Under the pieces are notes generated by a model. It was not told the origin of the DNA. It did not search any database and saw nothing but the letters and a program-made list of their open reading frames with translations. From assembly GCA_964016885.1 (NCBI GenBank), contig OZ024742.1, positions 114,886,001 through 114,950,000 on the forward strand: a stretch of DNA of 64,000 bases. Direction: 5' to 3'. The DNA comes from Eledone cirrhosa. Its lineage: Eukaryota. Position numbers and translations under genes: made by a program. Shown here piece after piece: positions 26,704-39,900 of this stretch; the first letter of the stretch is position 1; every line of letters starts with the position of its first letter.

Positions 26704-27320
26704 TTGTGTATTTATGTGTATGTGTATGTATATTTATATCTATATATCTATATATATATATGTGTGTGTGTGTGTGAGTGTATGTATGTGTGTGCGTGTT
26801 TATGTGTGTGTGTGTGTGCGCGTGTGTGTTGGTCTATATACTTTTATATTTATTATCTTTTTTATTCTTCCTTCAGCCTCACTTTCATATTTCTTATACT
26901 TTAGTTTGCAAGTCCACATTCAATAAAAACACCAGGATTTATTCATTCTGACGACTGAAAGCAGATTTATTTGCTTTCAAGAAACCACTGGTAAATGAAA
27001 TACTTATCTCAAGTTCTTTTTTACATAAGTAAGAACCTCTGTAACCTACATAGAGTACTCATTTTCCCTGAACCTTTCCGACGGAATTACTTCATTCACA
27101 CACATATATATACATATATATATATAACTTGAACGGACAAAAACATCGTCAGGTTATGAATTTTCAGGGCCGATAAATTTAATAAAAATTACAAATACTA
27201 TACAATGCCTTAACTATTCTATCCGACGTTATATAATTCAGCTGCATAATTACTTATTCAGCTTAGATTATACTTCGTATGTAAATATCACTGGGTTAAT
27301 GAGAAAATAAGATTCATTAT

Positions 27321-27472
27321 TTAGATGGCGCATAGAGTTACGGCCCTTGCCATTCTGAGTTCAAATCCCGCCGAGGTTAACTTTGCCTTTCATCCTTACG
27401 GGGTCGATAAAATAAAGTACCAGTAATACACTGGGTATTTGCTGGCCTTGTGCCAAAAGTAGAAACAATTAT
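27321..27472 (+). mobile_element. tRNA-derived SINE (octopod-type), most complete local copy
   Basis: B box GAGTTCAAATCCC followed by GCCGAGGTTAACTTTGCCTTTCATCCTTACGGGGTCGATAAAATAAAGTACCAGT... Five further partial copies in the window. Confidence 0.85.
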
Positions 27473-30400
27473 TTAGATTCATTAAACATGTGTACATAGT
27501 TACATGTCATTCATTCATTTAATCATTTCAACATTTATTTGAAGATCTGCATTTTAAATGAAAGGAGGTGCAATGTTTGCTCTTAACCTGCTTCGCCATG
27601 CTGACTATCCTTCCATCGATGATCATTTAAATGAACGTATGTTAATTGATATAACGTTACACAATTTCTTCACAAACTATTCATCACAAAAATGTATGAA
27701 AATTGTAAAATTTCATACATACCGATCACATATAATTTCGGAGTATATCTATTTACATAGTAACCATCGTATCGCCATTTCAAAAACAAAGGATCCTGTT
27801 CGAGAATGTGGAAGAGTTTTAAATGATAATATTTGTGTTCGTGTTCACAAAATCTTTCAAACATTATTTGCCATAATGCTTTTCTCAGAAATCTATAGTC
27901 ATTTTTACATTTTAGGATATAATTCTAAAAATGCTCGTTGTTATTTTTATCTCATTAAAAATGTGATTGAATGTCTATCTGTGTTTCTACTAAACTTAGT
28001 AATTATAAATGCAACGCAATATCTGACATTTTACATATCACCTCGTTTCTTATGATCACTGAAGTACGTTCACGGTAATCATCATAGAAATAATCATAAA
28101 TAACTACTAAAGAATTTGCTACACAAGCCGTCGTATTAGTTAGTACAACAAATTGAAATTTTGAAGACTATTTCATATTCAACATGTTACTCATGGCTTC
28201 TCCTTGTATTATTGTTGTGCAACCCACCCCAGGATTAAGGGTGACCAGTCATACAATCAAAACCGGTCCAACCTTGACCATCTACAGCCTATTTTGGATG
28301 AAATGATAAATTGTGACCTATCATTTTGAAGAGACTAAAGTGAAAGTTGTAGGTGGTTAGAATGCGAAATATAGCTTAACGAATGACTATGTAGACCTTA
28401 GTAATGGCATATATAATCATTGTTGAAAGTCTTAGTATTTCTTGGGAACAGATAGCGATGAATTAAACAGCCCAACCTGTCGGAAAACGATATTCTAATG
28501 AGAGAGACGCCAATGGGGATGGATGAAGCAGCGGCATATGTGAAGATCTTAGGATGAAAGAATAAAATCGAATACGAGACGAAGAGGGATTACACTGTCA
28601 GTTAGATATGGAGCCACATAGAAAGAACATCATAGTTATTTGAAATAAAAACAGAGAATATTGAATGCATTTCCGTCTAGACGCTGGAGATTGAAGGTTG
28701 CTGTGTGTTTGACAGACACATGGATATATTTCAATTGGTTTACACTCAGATTGATTTTTTGTGAATAAGTGAAGTTTTACTAGCTAAGAAAAGTATTTCG
28801 TGTTTTGACTGCAAATCCTAATTTTTCACAACATATGATGATATACCTCTCCGTCGTGATGGTCTTGGCGTTGATTCCGGACTATTAATTTTGAGTACTA
28901 TTTTTTTAGCATAAATGCATCTAATTTAATCTCCATAATGGATGTGCGAGGCAAATTTCTAGAATGTTCAATGCATGATGTCCATTATTGGACATTATTA
29001 TTCTGAGTGCAGTTTCATCACATTTTAAGAATATTCATTGCATATGTCCCTTATTGGGTATTATTTTTTTGAAGATTATTTCAATATCTGTTGTAGATAT
29101 TTATTTTAACATTTGAAAGAGGCATGCTTAGCGTGTCTCCATTAAAGCAGATCTTCGAGTTTACGTTCGCAAAAGTAATGTAAGACTCAACTGAAATTCA
29201 TAGGATGCATATGAATGACACAGGTAGACGTGCATTTAAGTGAGAGTTGGAAATCAGTACCGCCTGAAAAGCAGTGAATGTAATTAGAAGTGTCAGAGAA
29301 TGTCATTATAACATTTGGAGTGGTATAACACAATCATCAAAATATCGGAATATTTATCGAAGATGGTTCAAACTGCACGGAACGAGTGAATGTGATGTCA
29401 CAAGTGTATTATGTCTCAATTGAAAAGAAGCAAGCGGAACAAATATATTCGCAGTTTAATCAAAATGTGTTCGGGCAAAAGGAGGTGAAATGAATTTATA
29501 ATATCGAGTGCGATGATTTTACTTACACCATGACATCGATGTGGCAGTGTCTAGTAAATTTGGTTCTATGGAAGCCCTGTCTTCTATAGTGGATAGAAAA
29601 TGGGACAATGCAGAGAAAAAGAGAAAACTCATGAATAAACGATGGTAAATAACACATTCTCTCCTCTTTGGTTCATTATAAATCCATTACTGGTAATATC
29701 AGGGAGCTTGCAAATAGTGTTAAACGGAAATGGAAAACACCATTTCAGAACCAACGGTCTTGTTTTTAAGTGACCGAATATGCTGTCACGCGTAGTTCAC
29801 ATTAATTAGTAGATGATGGCCTGAAGAAGTAATACATTGGGAAAATATTCCCTGATAGCTTTTAGTCCATTAGTAGGTGAGGTTGTCACAGCAAAGGCTG
29901 CAGGGTAGTGTCAGCACTGTTTGTGCAATAAAATGGTGAATGCAAACGAGTAATACAAGTAGTAACCTTTATTCGTGGGAGTATGACTTATGGTGCGTCT
30001 ATGTTATTTAATGTGTACTGGTTAATTGAATTCCAGAAGGAAGAGATTCTACTGGGTTATGAGTATCATGCGGAGTTTCAGTTTCATAAAAGAGTATCAA
30101 CCACCAAACTTATATCCTGAGATGAGTTTCGCCAATAAGAAAATTCTCTGCATTGCTAAATGTAAATGACGTTTAACTGGTGCGCTTGCCAGTATTCTTA
30201 GTCAACATGTCTGAACTAGAGTAAGATGGAAGCGAGTAAATAGCAATCGAATGTCATTAGTTACTCCTCTCATTTATACGCCTAAATACAAAACAATAAA
30301 TGGATATAGAGTACATCCTTTAACGTTGCAGTATTAAACACCAGCGGTGTTATGTTTTTTTTTTTTTGATAATTATTGAGGCATTAGTTAATCAAAGTGA

Positions 30401-31499
30401 AAGATGAATTCACACAAATAATGCTTCCATTTACTAACAGAAGAAAAGCTATGAATTGAACAATGAAACCAACAAGTTGTTAATACATTACTAGGAATGC
30501 CTAGACTTATTTCCGGTGTCTAAAATTTGCAGCTAGTATAATCAGCAGTGATAATGGCAACTGATGCTTCCAGGAATAAGACATAGTGAATTTCAATATT
30601 AATCTTTATGTAACGATGCGGAAATGACAACAAACTAAATCATTGAAATGATGCAGAAAAATTCTTCGAAATAAATGAGGCTGGAAGAAATATTTTAGCT
30701 ATTTTCGTCTTTCCTCTTGACAGACAGCGTAGCACAAGATATTTTAAGATATATTAACTTTCATTTTATGAATGTTTATTTCTTTTATTTTTTAATTCTC
30801 TTCTCTTCTATTTATTTAGTATAAAAAAACATTTTAAAAGATACTAAAGATCATAAAACATTGCATCATGTTAGTTGAACAAACTTTAATCTTTACGAAT
30901 TCACACTACATAATGTTTATTTATAACTACAATTGGTAATTGTAATTCTATAGTTTCACAATATGTGTTACAGAAGTTTTATAAAATAAAGATAGAATGG
31001 TAATTACATATTAATCAGACACGGAAGGCTGGGGGATATATCTTCTTTCCATTATTTTGATATGGCGATTTAGTGAAATAAAGCTCATATATTTTATATA
31101 GTGTTCTTTCATTTATTTCTTATTTAGTCATGTACTGTTGTCATTTAATTTAGGTTATATTTGAAATATTTTAGAAAAAAGAAAATCCAATGAGCAACTA
31201 TTTCTTGGAGACGCTCTGTAATATAATGAAATCTTTAACAACACTTTTGATAGAATCATGATAGAATATGAACGTGAAGAAAAAGAAAGATTTTTAAAAA
31301 GTATTGGTTAGAACGTTGAGTTCATACGTAACTAGTAAAACATGATATTCTATTCTGGAAAAAATTTTAATAAATAATTATCAGTATGTCTCTACATATA
31401 TATGGGAACCGTAAAGTCGATTATATCGACCCTACCACTAGTGTGGCTCCCTATTTTATCGACCTTGGAAGGATAACATTTCCATGACAGCAGCCGAGT

Positions 31500-33200
31500 T
31501 GGAAGGTCTGATAAAAGGTCTTTACGTAGACATGGAATGCTTGACCTCCGTTGGTCTCGAAGCAATCTATAGCAGATCGCAACAGAAGGGCAGAAGTTCC
31601 AGTTCTGTATGTCGGACCTTGTCAAACTGATGAAAACTAGGTAGACGTTATCAATAATTTCCACCCAATAACAATGGTATAGACAGCGTTGAAGGTTTTG
31701 GAAATGGTGCTATCAATGAGGTTGAACGCCTGGCGCCAGGTGTCTGTAGCGGTAGGGACAAACTTACAGAAACTCGACCAGGTGAATACCCGAAAACTCC
31801 TAGATATTGCGATATATTATAGAGAGGGTGGATAGTAAACTTGCTTCAGTAAAACTCTAATATATTTTGAACAAACAAAAGCTTTCAAAATGTTTGACTA
31901 TTGATACATTGAAGATATGCTTATTCAGCGGGGGTTTTATTCACTTTCAGAGGCCAGAGCAATGCAATGAACTGCTGCATCTGTTCGGTAATCAAAACCA
32001 ATGGCCAGCTTTTGGAACCGTTTCAGATCACGAGTTGAATCCGTGAAGGATGACCTCTGTCTTCCATTGTATACGTAATGACTCTCAAACAATTACTTCA
32101 GAGGATGGAGCTGCTGCAATGCATCCCACTTGAACCTGGATGACATCCCCACGTTGGTGTCGAACAATTCATAAATCGGTTTAAATATCTAACCGGAAAT
32201 GTTGGTCGATGTTAGTCTCGACATTGCCGAGATAAAATCATGTCGTTCAAAAGTGTCATCGGATATTGGATGGACAAATGGTTTAATTTGCTCGGAGTCT
32301 GGTTTAGTCCACACATCATGGAGGATAAGAACTGGGGTGAGATAACGAGAAGGGTAGCCAGTCACACCCAGAAATGGGCAGAGAAAAACCTATTCCTGAA
32401 TGATGGGGTAGGAGCGGTGAACACCTACAGCATGTCCGTATTCTAGTACATGTCCATCATGCCTTGCACCTGTCAGCAAAACAACAAATTTGAGCACCTG
32501 CTCTTCAGCGTTTTATAGATTGTATATATCTCACTGGTGAAGTGTCCATCTGCTGGCAACGCGGAGGACTTGTCTTCGTATGGCAGATGATGCGCAAAGA
32601 GGCACTGGGGGTATAGCAACTGCTAAATCACGAAATGGTGTGGTCGCTGTTTGTCAGAGTAATCTGAGCTTTAGTTGTCATTTTGACAAATCTACAGGAG
32701 TGGGTCATTCGAAAACTGAGCCCGGGGGATCTGGACTCTGAAATGTAGTCAGGCACTCATAGCCCTATACACGTCGTACGATGCGGTCAGTGGAAATTAT
32801 CCTTGCGTTCTATAGAGATCTATTAGTGTCACGTGATATGACGATCCAGTCTAAAATCTGGGTGCCGACGAAATCTAACGAAGCATTCTAATCGTGAGAC
32901 CATTCGGGCCGAGACCTATGGACAATCTACAGAAATCCTAGGCACGGACCTACTCTCAAACGCGATTGTATTAGATGCACGCACAGCGAGGAAATCGTTT
33001 TTAAACACATGTCCTTTGACCAGGCATTAATGACTTATGTATATTTTTCGAACAGCTATTATCGCATATTGGACGGATATGGTTGTCGACTTAATCCATT
33101 TTTAACATCATCCCACGAGCTTTATTTGGCTGGAAAGAGCAAGTCATTTTTCTCTTTCTGTTGGCTGTAGCGCAAGAAGGTGTGTATGAATGTGGCTGTA
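31500..33200 (+). mobile_element. Decayed Tx1/L1-clade LINE ORF2 (RT to C-terminal zinc knuckle)
   Basis: NNFHPITM..LKVLEMVL..RL; EQTKAF; NGQLLEPFQITS*IREG*PLSSIVYVMTL; LLGVWFSP...KNWGEI...QKW; RCTHSEEIV.KH. Many stops and indels. Confidence 0.8.
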
Positions 33201-33224
33201 AACACTAACAACATACACTTTCCT

Positions 33225-33390
33225 CTTAACTCCATTGAAACGGTGGAGAATTTCAAGTATCTCATTCACGAATCGTTGAAGGCAGGAAGCTAAAATAAGT
33301 GCAATGATTGCTGGAGCTGGTGCAGTAATGCATTCAGAAATTTGATAATCAGAAACCTCATGATGAAACTAAAAAATATGAAAGTTTTTG
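33225..33390 (+). mobile_element. Short RTE-like LINE fragment
   Basis: IETVENFKYL followed by a decayed 'WS.C...I...L.MKLK' segment. Confidence 0.45.
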
Positions 33391-33493
33391 ACATGAGTCA
33401 TAAGCAATCACAAATTTAATGTTTAATTACCACAATGAGCCAAATATTGTATTTGCTGAAGAATGAATATATAACATGACTACCTATATTACA

Positions 33494-33790
33494 ATCATCA
33501 TCATTGGCCTCAGAGGAAATGGACTCAACAATTGATCTCCACGTGGTTCTGTCGTTCATTGCCGTGGCCAAGTCCTGGATTTTAAAACCAGAATCTCTGG
33601 AGATGACATCGGGGCAGAAGAGCTTGCACCTCCTTTTATTAGTGACTGCTTGAGGTTTCCAAAGCACTAATTGGAACATAGCCTCGTAAGTTGCACGATG
33701 GCAGTAGCCAGCAAATCTTACTCTCCTCTTGCGTACAAAGAGAAATATGCGTGGAAGGCCGGCATATATCTCTCTCAAAGGCAATATTAC
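33494..33790 (-). mobile_element. RTE-clade LINE 3' end with (ATG)n tail
   Basis: ORF 33416..33844 contains RKRRVRFAGYCHRA...LVLWKP...DVISRDSG...LATAMNDRTTWRSIV, followed by ATG repeats. Confidence 0.85.
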
Positions 33791-35389
33791 AATAAATGAT
33801 ATAAGTAATACATTATTCCATCTACACAGGCAAGAAATGTCCAATGATGTAACTGAACGCTAAACATTAAACACATGCACATCAGACCATCTCAATTGCA
33901 AGCAAACAGGTTATTAATATATATATGACGAGAATATGAGAAGACATATTTGCAACACTCACAAACATAGAAAGGGAATGGAATACTTCATCAGATCTTC
34001 GATATAATAATTATGAAATCCAAGTATACAAACGAGTAAGCAAATGCACAGAACAAGATAAACATTAAGATAGCTAAGACATTAATGAAATCAATATGGA
34101 ATATCCACAACTGATAGGAAATAATACAACATATCGAATAAAAAAGAAAAAAATAGTTTGTTACTAAGTTGTTAGAAAACTCAAGTTCACTTTAAAAATG
34201 CATTTCGATTTTTTACAAAAACGGAACAGTTGGAATGCTCGACCAGTCTTATATGGAGATTAACCAAGCATAAAGGCATACGCCATTGCATTTTAGTAAA
34301 ACAAGACATTACACTCAGGACAAAGCAGACGACATTTTACCTTAGTTATGGTATTATACCTTTGTGATATTGTACCATTTGTTTCCAAAAAGTAGAAACA
34401 ATTATATATCATACAGCTCAATAACATTTTATATTCGGTTACATCACACACACAAAAAAAAATTGCCAAACATAACCATAAAACTCTAAATATTAGTAAT
34501 AACAAGGATGAATTATTTCTCGAAAATCTCTGTTTTTAAAGAGAAACTATTATTTCTGAGATATTTCTAGAAAAATAAAAAAAAATAAAAAAAATTCACT
34601 TGTACTCTTAAAATGCATAATTGTATTGTGATATGTTTTTATGATAAATTAATTGAAAAAAAATATATTGTCTTGTAATATTCAGACACCCAGCGAAATG
34701 TAAAAAAAAAATCGATGTTTCTATAACTTCCACTTTTAATGTTTAGTTATGTCAATTTATTTGTCATAGTCTAAAATGGGGGATGATATATAATTCTATT
34801 CGATACAAGGGTCCTATTACTGTGTCATATAAATAAGACTGTAGTTGTGTTTTGAAACAATTCCACGCATACAAGATATTGACTTTTTAGGCTAGCTTCC
34901 AACACATTTTGAAAGTGACGGTGAAAAATATGAAACATTCACAGAGAGTCTGCAAGAGTGAGGGGTATATGGTATAGACTGAGAGAGAGAGGGAGAGAGA
35001 TAGTGAGTTAGAAAGAGAGATAGTGTGTGTGTGTGTATGTGTGAGTGTGAATGTGTGTATAAAGTGAAAGTTAAGGAAGTAGACAGTGGGGTTTTAGAGA
35101 AGTTATATCACTAAATCAAAATATTAAATGAGGGAAATTATATTAGGGAAAGAATTTATTACTACACTAACAACCAATTATAGGCGATAAAAAATGTTGC
35201 TTAGCGTGTCCAATGTTAGGAAACAACTGTTTAAAAAACTGACATATAAAGGCCGTAATCGAAAGATCTAATGGTAGAAGAAAACATGCGCATGTAAATA
35301 AGTTTGGAGAGGAAAATTTAAAGTACTTACAATATCTAATCTAATGTAATCTGGCCGAGTTTACACAGGTAAGTAAGAAGAACAAACAA

Positions 35390-35830
35390 GGGCCGCCCCC
35401 ATGAGCATTAGATTTGGAGTACGTCATATTTGTTTCGGTTGCTCAATACAAACAGCAATCGCTGCTTCTCCTGAAGGTTAATAGTTATCTTCTAACACGA
35501 GCGGGTGCACCTTTCCATTGTCAATTTGCATTGATCATCTGCAAAGCCGCATTGTTATCAGAACCACTACACCAGTCTTTCGATGTGTGCACCTGCAACT
35601 ACTACGACCCATTGATTTGGCAGGCTTTTTTTCTTTCTATTTAGATGGCCGTTGACACTTAGGAGTTCTTCAACCCTTTATCAGGTTTTGTTTTTTGTCC
35701 TGCAAGGTGTCCAAAATCACCCTCTTCACCAAGTAAACTTGGTGGGATTGCCGGTTTAGTCGCCGACGACCCGGCAATGCGACAGGTTGTACTGGTTTAC
35801 ATGCTACCAATAGCACTCAAAAGTGACCTG
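35390..35830 (-). mobile_element. Possible RTE LINE 5' region with strong hairpins
   Basis: More GC-rich island in AT-rich DNA. Hairpins ATTGCCGG/CCGGCAAT and CACCAAGT/ACTTGGTG. Family assignment is from resemblance only. Confidence 0.35.
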
Positions 35831-35915
35831 ACAATAATATTTAGAATATTTCTTAGTTAATACAGTATTTTGATAGCACTGAGGTAGTAGTGTTTACGGT
35901 ATTACTTAGGAAAAT

Positions 35916-35990
35916 CCTTACGGGGTCGATAAAATAAAGTACCAGTAATGCACTGGGTAATTGCTAGCCTTGTGCCTAAAAGTAGAAACA
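35916..35990 (+). mobile_element. 5'-truncated SINE with 18-bp target-site duplication
   Basis: GGTATTACTTAGGAAAAT at 35898-35915 and 35991-36008 flanks 75 bp of the SINE 3' end. Confidence 0.92.
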
Positions 35991-36970
35991 GGTATTACTT
36001 AGGAAAATGGCTTTCAGTTATAACTGAATTAATAGGTTATATGAATTTTCTGAGGTAAATTGTAATATCTAAGTAGGGAAGAAATATGATATACGATAGT
36101 ACTGAGGGAATAGTGTATAATATTCGAATTAAACAATATTGTTTCTGGCAGTACTGACGTAAGAGTTTGGGGAATAGAACAAATGAAATAATGCTTTAAG
36201 TAAGAGCGACCAGATTAAAGTTTAAACATACTTTGAGCAAATGATGATAAATATGTTTTTTTAAATAACTCAGGAAATATTTATAAACAGATTCAAATGA
36301 AAAAATGTTTCAGGAAATGGTATTTAGAATACAACACGGTAGAGTTACGTTGTTAAAATTATATTTACGATAATGATGATCTTAAAGAATTTATATGCGA
36401 CAATATAGGGAAGAAGGCCTTAAATCAGCCACGAAATTGTGATTTAAAATGCAACTCGGTAAGATCAGGTTATTCAAATGTTTAACATAGTGCTGAGGTT
36501 ATATAATCTATATATGAGGACATAGTGAAGGAGGCGTTTGAGTTGAAGTGTAATAAATAATGCCACATCCGCTATACAGACTTCAGTAAAGACTAGAAAT
36601 GTGACTAGAATTTGAATTATGACTAGAACATTTTGCTTTTTATTGGAGGTATTAAGTTTGTTATCAGTTAGGTGGCATCAATAATCAAAGTGGTGCGCGC
36701 AAATCACATGTAGATCTATATGTCTAAATATAATTTTCAACGATTAAATATTTTACTACCTTTGGAAGAAATTACAGATGATGATTTAACAAATATTTCT
36801 CAATGAGCCAGCGATTGTACAACAACACGGTCTTTGGTCCGTTAGGCTGTATTGTTTAATTTCAATAAGTGTTCAAAATATTTACTCTTTGACTGGACGA
36901 CTATATTATATCAGATATAATGTTTGTCATTTTAAATAAAGAAACCTATTTTAACATTCGAAACCAAATA

Positions 36971-39900
36971 TATCTCCCCTGTTTGCTGAGATCAAAGTGA
37001 GTGAATTTGTCACTACTATAAAACAATAGCTTACGGTCTTCAAGATGCTTTTAATTAAGCATAAAGTGTATTGCAAAATACATTATATATACATCCATAT
37101 ATATATTGCTATTTCAGAGCTCCAATTCTAATTTTTAATTTCTGCCTGACCAACAACCGCTCTGCATAATCAGCTCCTGATTATTTACTAGATTTCTATA
37201 AGAATATAACATCATTGATCTCAGTAGACAGGTGGGGTAGTTGGCCTTGCTAAGCTTCAGCCAAAGCGAAACATGTCATGTCGGCTTATCTCCTCCTGTT
37301 TGCTGAGATCGAAGTGAGTGAATGTGTCACTACTTTAAAACAATAGCTTACGGTCTTCAAAATGCTTTTAATTAAGCATAAAGTGTATTGCAAAATACAT
37401 TATACATACATCCATATATATATTGCTATTTCAGAGCTACAATTCTAATTTTTAATTTCTGCCTGACCAACAACCGCTCTGCATAATCAGCTCCTGATTA
37501 TTTACTAGATTTCTATAAGAATATAACAGCATTGATATGAGTAGACAGGTGGGGTAGTTGGCCTTGATAAGCTTCAACCAAAGCGAAAAATGTCATGTCG
37601 GCTTATCTACCCTGTTTGCTGAGATCAAAGTGAGTGAATTTGTCACTACTTTAAAACAATAGCTTACGGTCTTCAACATGCTTTTAATTAAGCATAAAGT
37701 GTATTGCAAAATACATTATATATACATCCATATATATATTGCTATTTCAGAGCTCCAATTCTAATTTTTAATTTCTGCCTGACCAACAACCGCTCTGCAT
37801 AATCAGCTCCTGATTATTTACTAGATTTCTATAAGAATATAACATCATTGATCTCAGTAGACAGGTGGGGCAGTTGGCCTTGATAAGCTTCAACCAAAGC
37901 GAAACATTTATGTCGGCTTATCTCCCCTGTTTGCTGAGATCAAAGTGAGTGAATTTGTCACTCCTTTAAAACAATAGCTTACGGTGTTCAAAATGCTTTT
38001 AATTAAGCGTAAAGTGTATTGCAAAATACATTATATATACATCCATATATATATATTGCTATTTCAGAGCTCCAATTCTAATTTTTAATTTCTGCCTGAC
38101 CAACAACTGCTCTGCATAATCAGCTCCTGATTATTTACTAGATTTCTATAAGAATATAACAGCATTGATATGAGTAGACAGGTGGGGTAGTTGGCCTTGA
38201 TAAGCTTCAACCACAGCGAAACATGCCATGTCGGCTTATCTACCCTGTTTGCTGAGATCAAAGTGAGTGAATTTGTCACTACTTTAAAACAATAGCTTAC
38301 GGTCTTCAAAATGCTTTTAATTAAGCATAAAGTGTATTGCAAAATACATTATACATACATCCATATATATATTGCTATTTCAGAGCTACAATTCTAATTT
38401 TTAATTTCTGCCTGACCAACAACCGCTCTGCATAATCAGCTCCTGATTATTTACTAGATTTCTATAAGAATATAACAGCATTGATATGAGTAGACAGGTG
38501 GGGTAGTTGGCCTTGATAAGCTTCAACCAAAGCGAAACATGTTATGTCGGTTTATCTCCCCTGTTTGCTGAGATCAAAGTGAGTGAATTTGTCACTACTT
38601 TAAAACAATAGCTTACGGTCTTCAACATGCTTTTAATTAAGCATAAAGTGTATTGCAAAATACATTATATATACATCCATATATATATTGCTATTTCAGA
38701 GCTCCAATTCTAATTTTTAATTTCTGCCTGACCAACAACCGCTCTGCATAATCAGCTCCTGATTATTTACTAGATTTCTATAACAATATAACATCATTGA
38801 TCTCAGTAGACAGGTGGGGTAGTTGGCCTTGATAAGCTTCAACAAAAGCGAAATATGTCATGTCGGCTTATCTCCCCTGTTTGCTGAGATCAAAGTGAGT
38901 GAATTTGTCACTACTTTAAAACAATAGCTTACGGTCTTCAAAATGCTTTTAATTATGCATAAAGTGTATTGCAAAATACATTATATATACATCCATATAT
39001 ATATTGCTATTTCAGAGCTCCAATTCTAATTTTTAATATCTGCCTGACCAACAACCGCTCTGCATAATCAGCTCCTGATTATTTACTAGATTTCTATAAT
39101 AATATAACATCATTGATCTCAGTAGACAGTTGGGGTAGTTGGCCTTGATAAGCTTCAACCAAAATGAAACATGTCATGTCGGCTTATCTCCCCTGTTTGC
39201 TGAGATCAAAGTGAGTGAATTTGTCACTACTTTAAAACAATAGCTTACGGTCTTCAAAATGCTTTTAATTATGCATAAAGTATATTGCAAAATACATTAT
39301 ATATACATCCATATATATATATTGCTATTTCAGAGCTCCAATTCTAATTTTTAATTTTTGCCTGACCAACAACCACTCTGCATAATCAGCTCCTGATTAT
39401 TTACTAGATTTCTATAAGAATATAACATCATTGATCTCAGTAGACAGGTGGGTTAGTTGGCCTTGAAAAGCTTCAACCAAAGCGAAACATGTCATGTCGG
39501 CTTATCTCTCCTGTTTGCTGAGATCAAAGTGAGTGAATTTGTCACTACTTTAAAACAATAGCTTACGGTCTTCAAAATGCTTTTAATTAAGCATAAAGTG
39601 TATTGCAAAATACATTATATATACATCCATATATATATTGCTATTTCAGAGGTCCAATTCTAATTTTTTATTTCTGCCTGACCAACAACCGCTCTGCATA
39701 ATCAGCTCCTGATTATTTACTAGATTTCTATAAGAATATAACATCATTGATCTCAGTAGACAGGTGGGGTAGTTGGCCTTCATAAGCTTCAACCAAAGCG
39801 AAACATGTTGTGTCGGCTTATCTCCCCTGTTTGCTGAGATCAAAGTGAGTGAATTTGTCACTACTTTAAAACAATAGCTTACGGTCTTCAAAATGCTTTT

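Noticed and set aside
28800-30300. Possible decayed Helitron or DNA transposon (IEFQK-like remnant near 30025)
   Set aside because: A single short motif with many stops; not supportable without a database search.
35340-35380. CAG|GTAAGT splice donor suggesting a host exon
   Set aside because: No convincing acceptor or coding exon upstream; isolated consensus matches are expected by chance.
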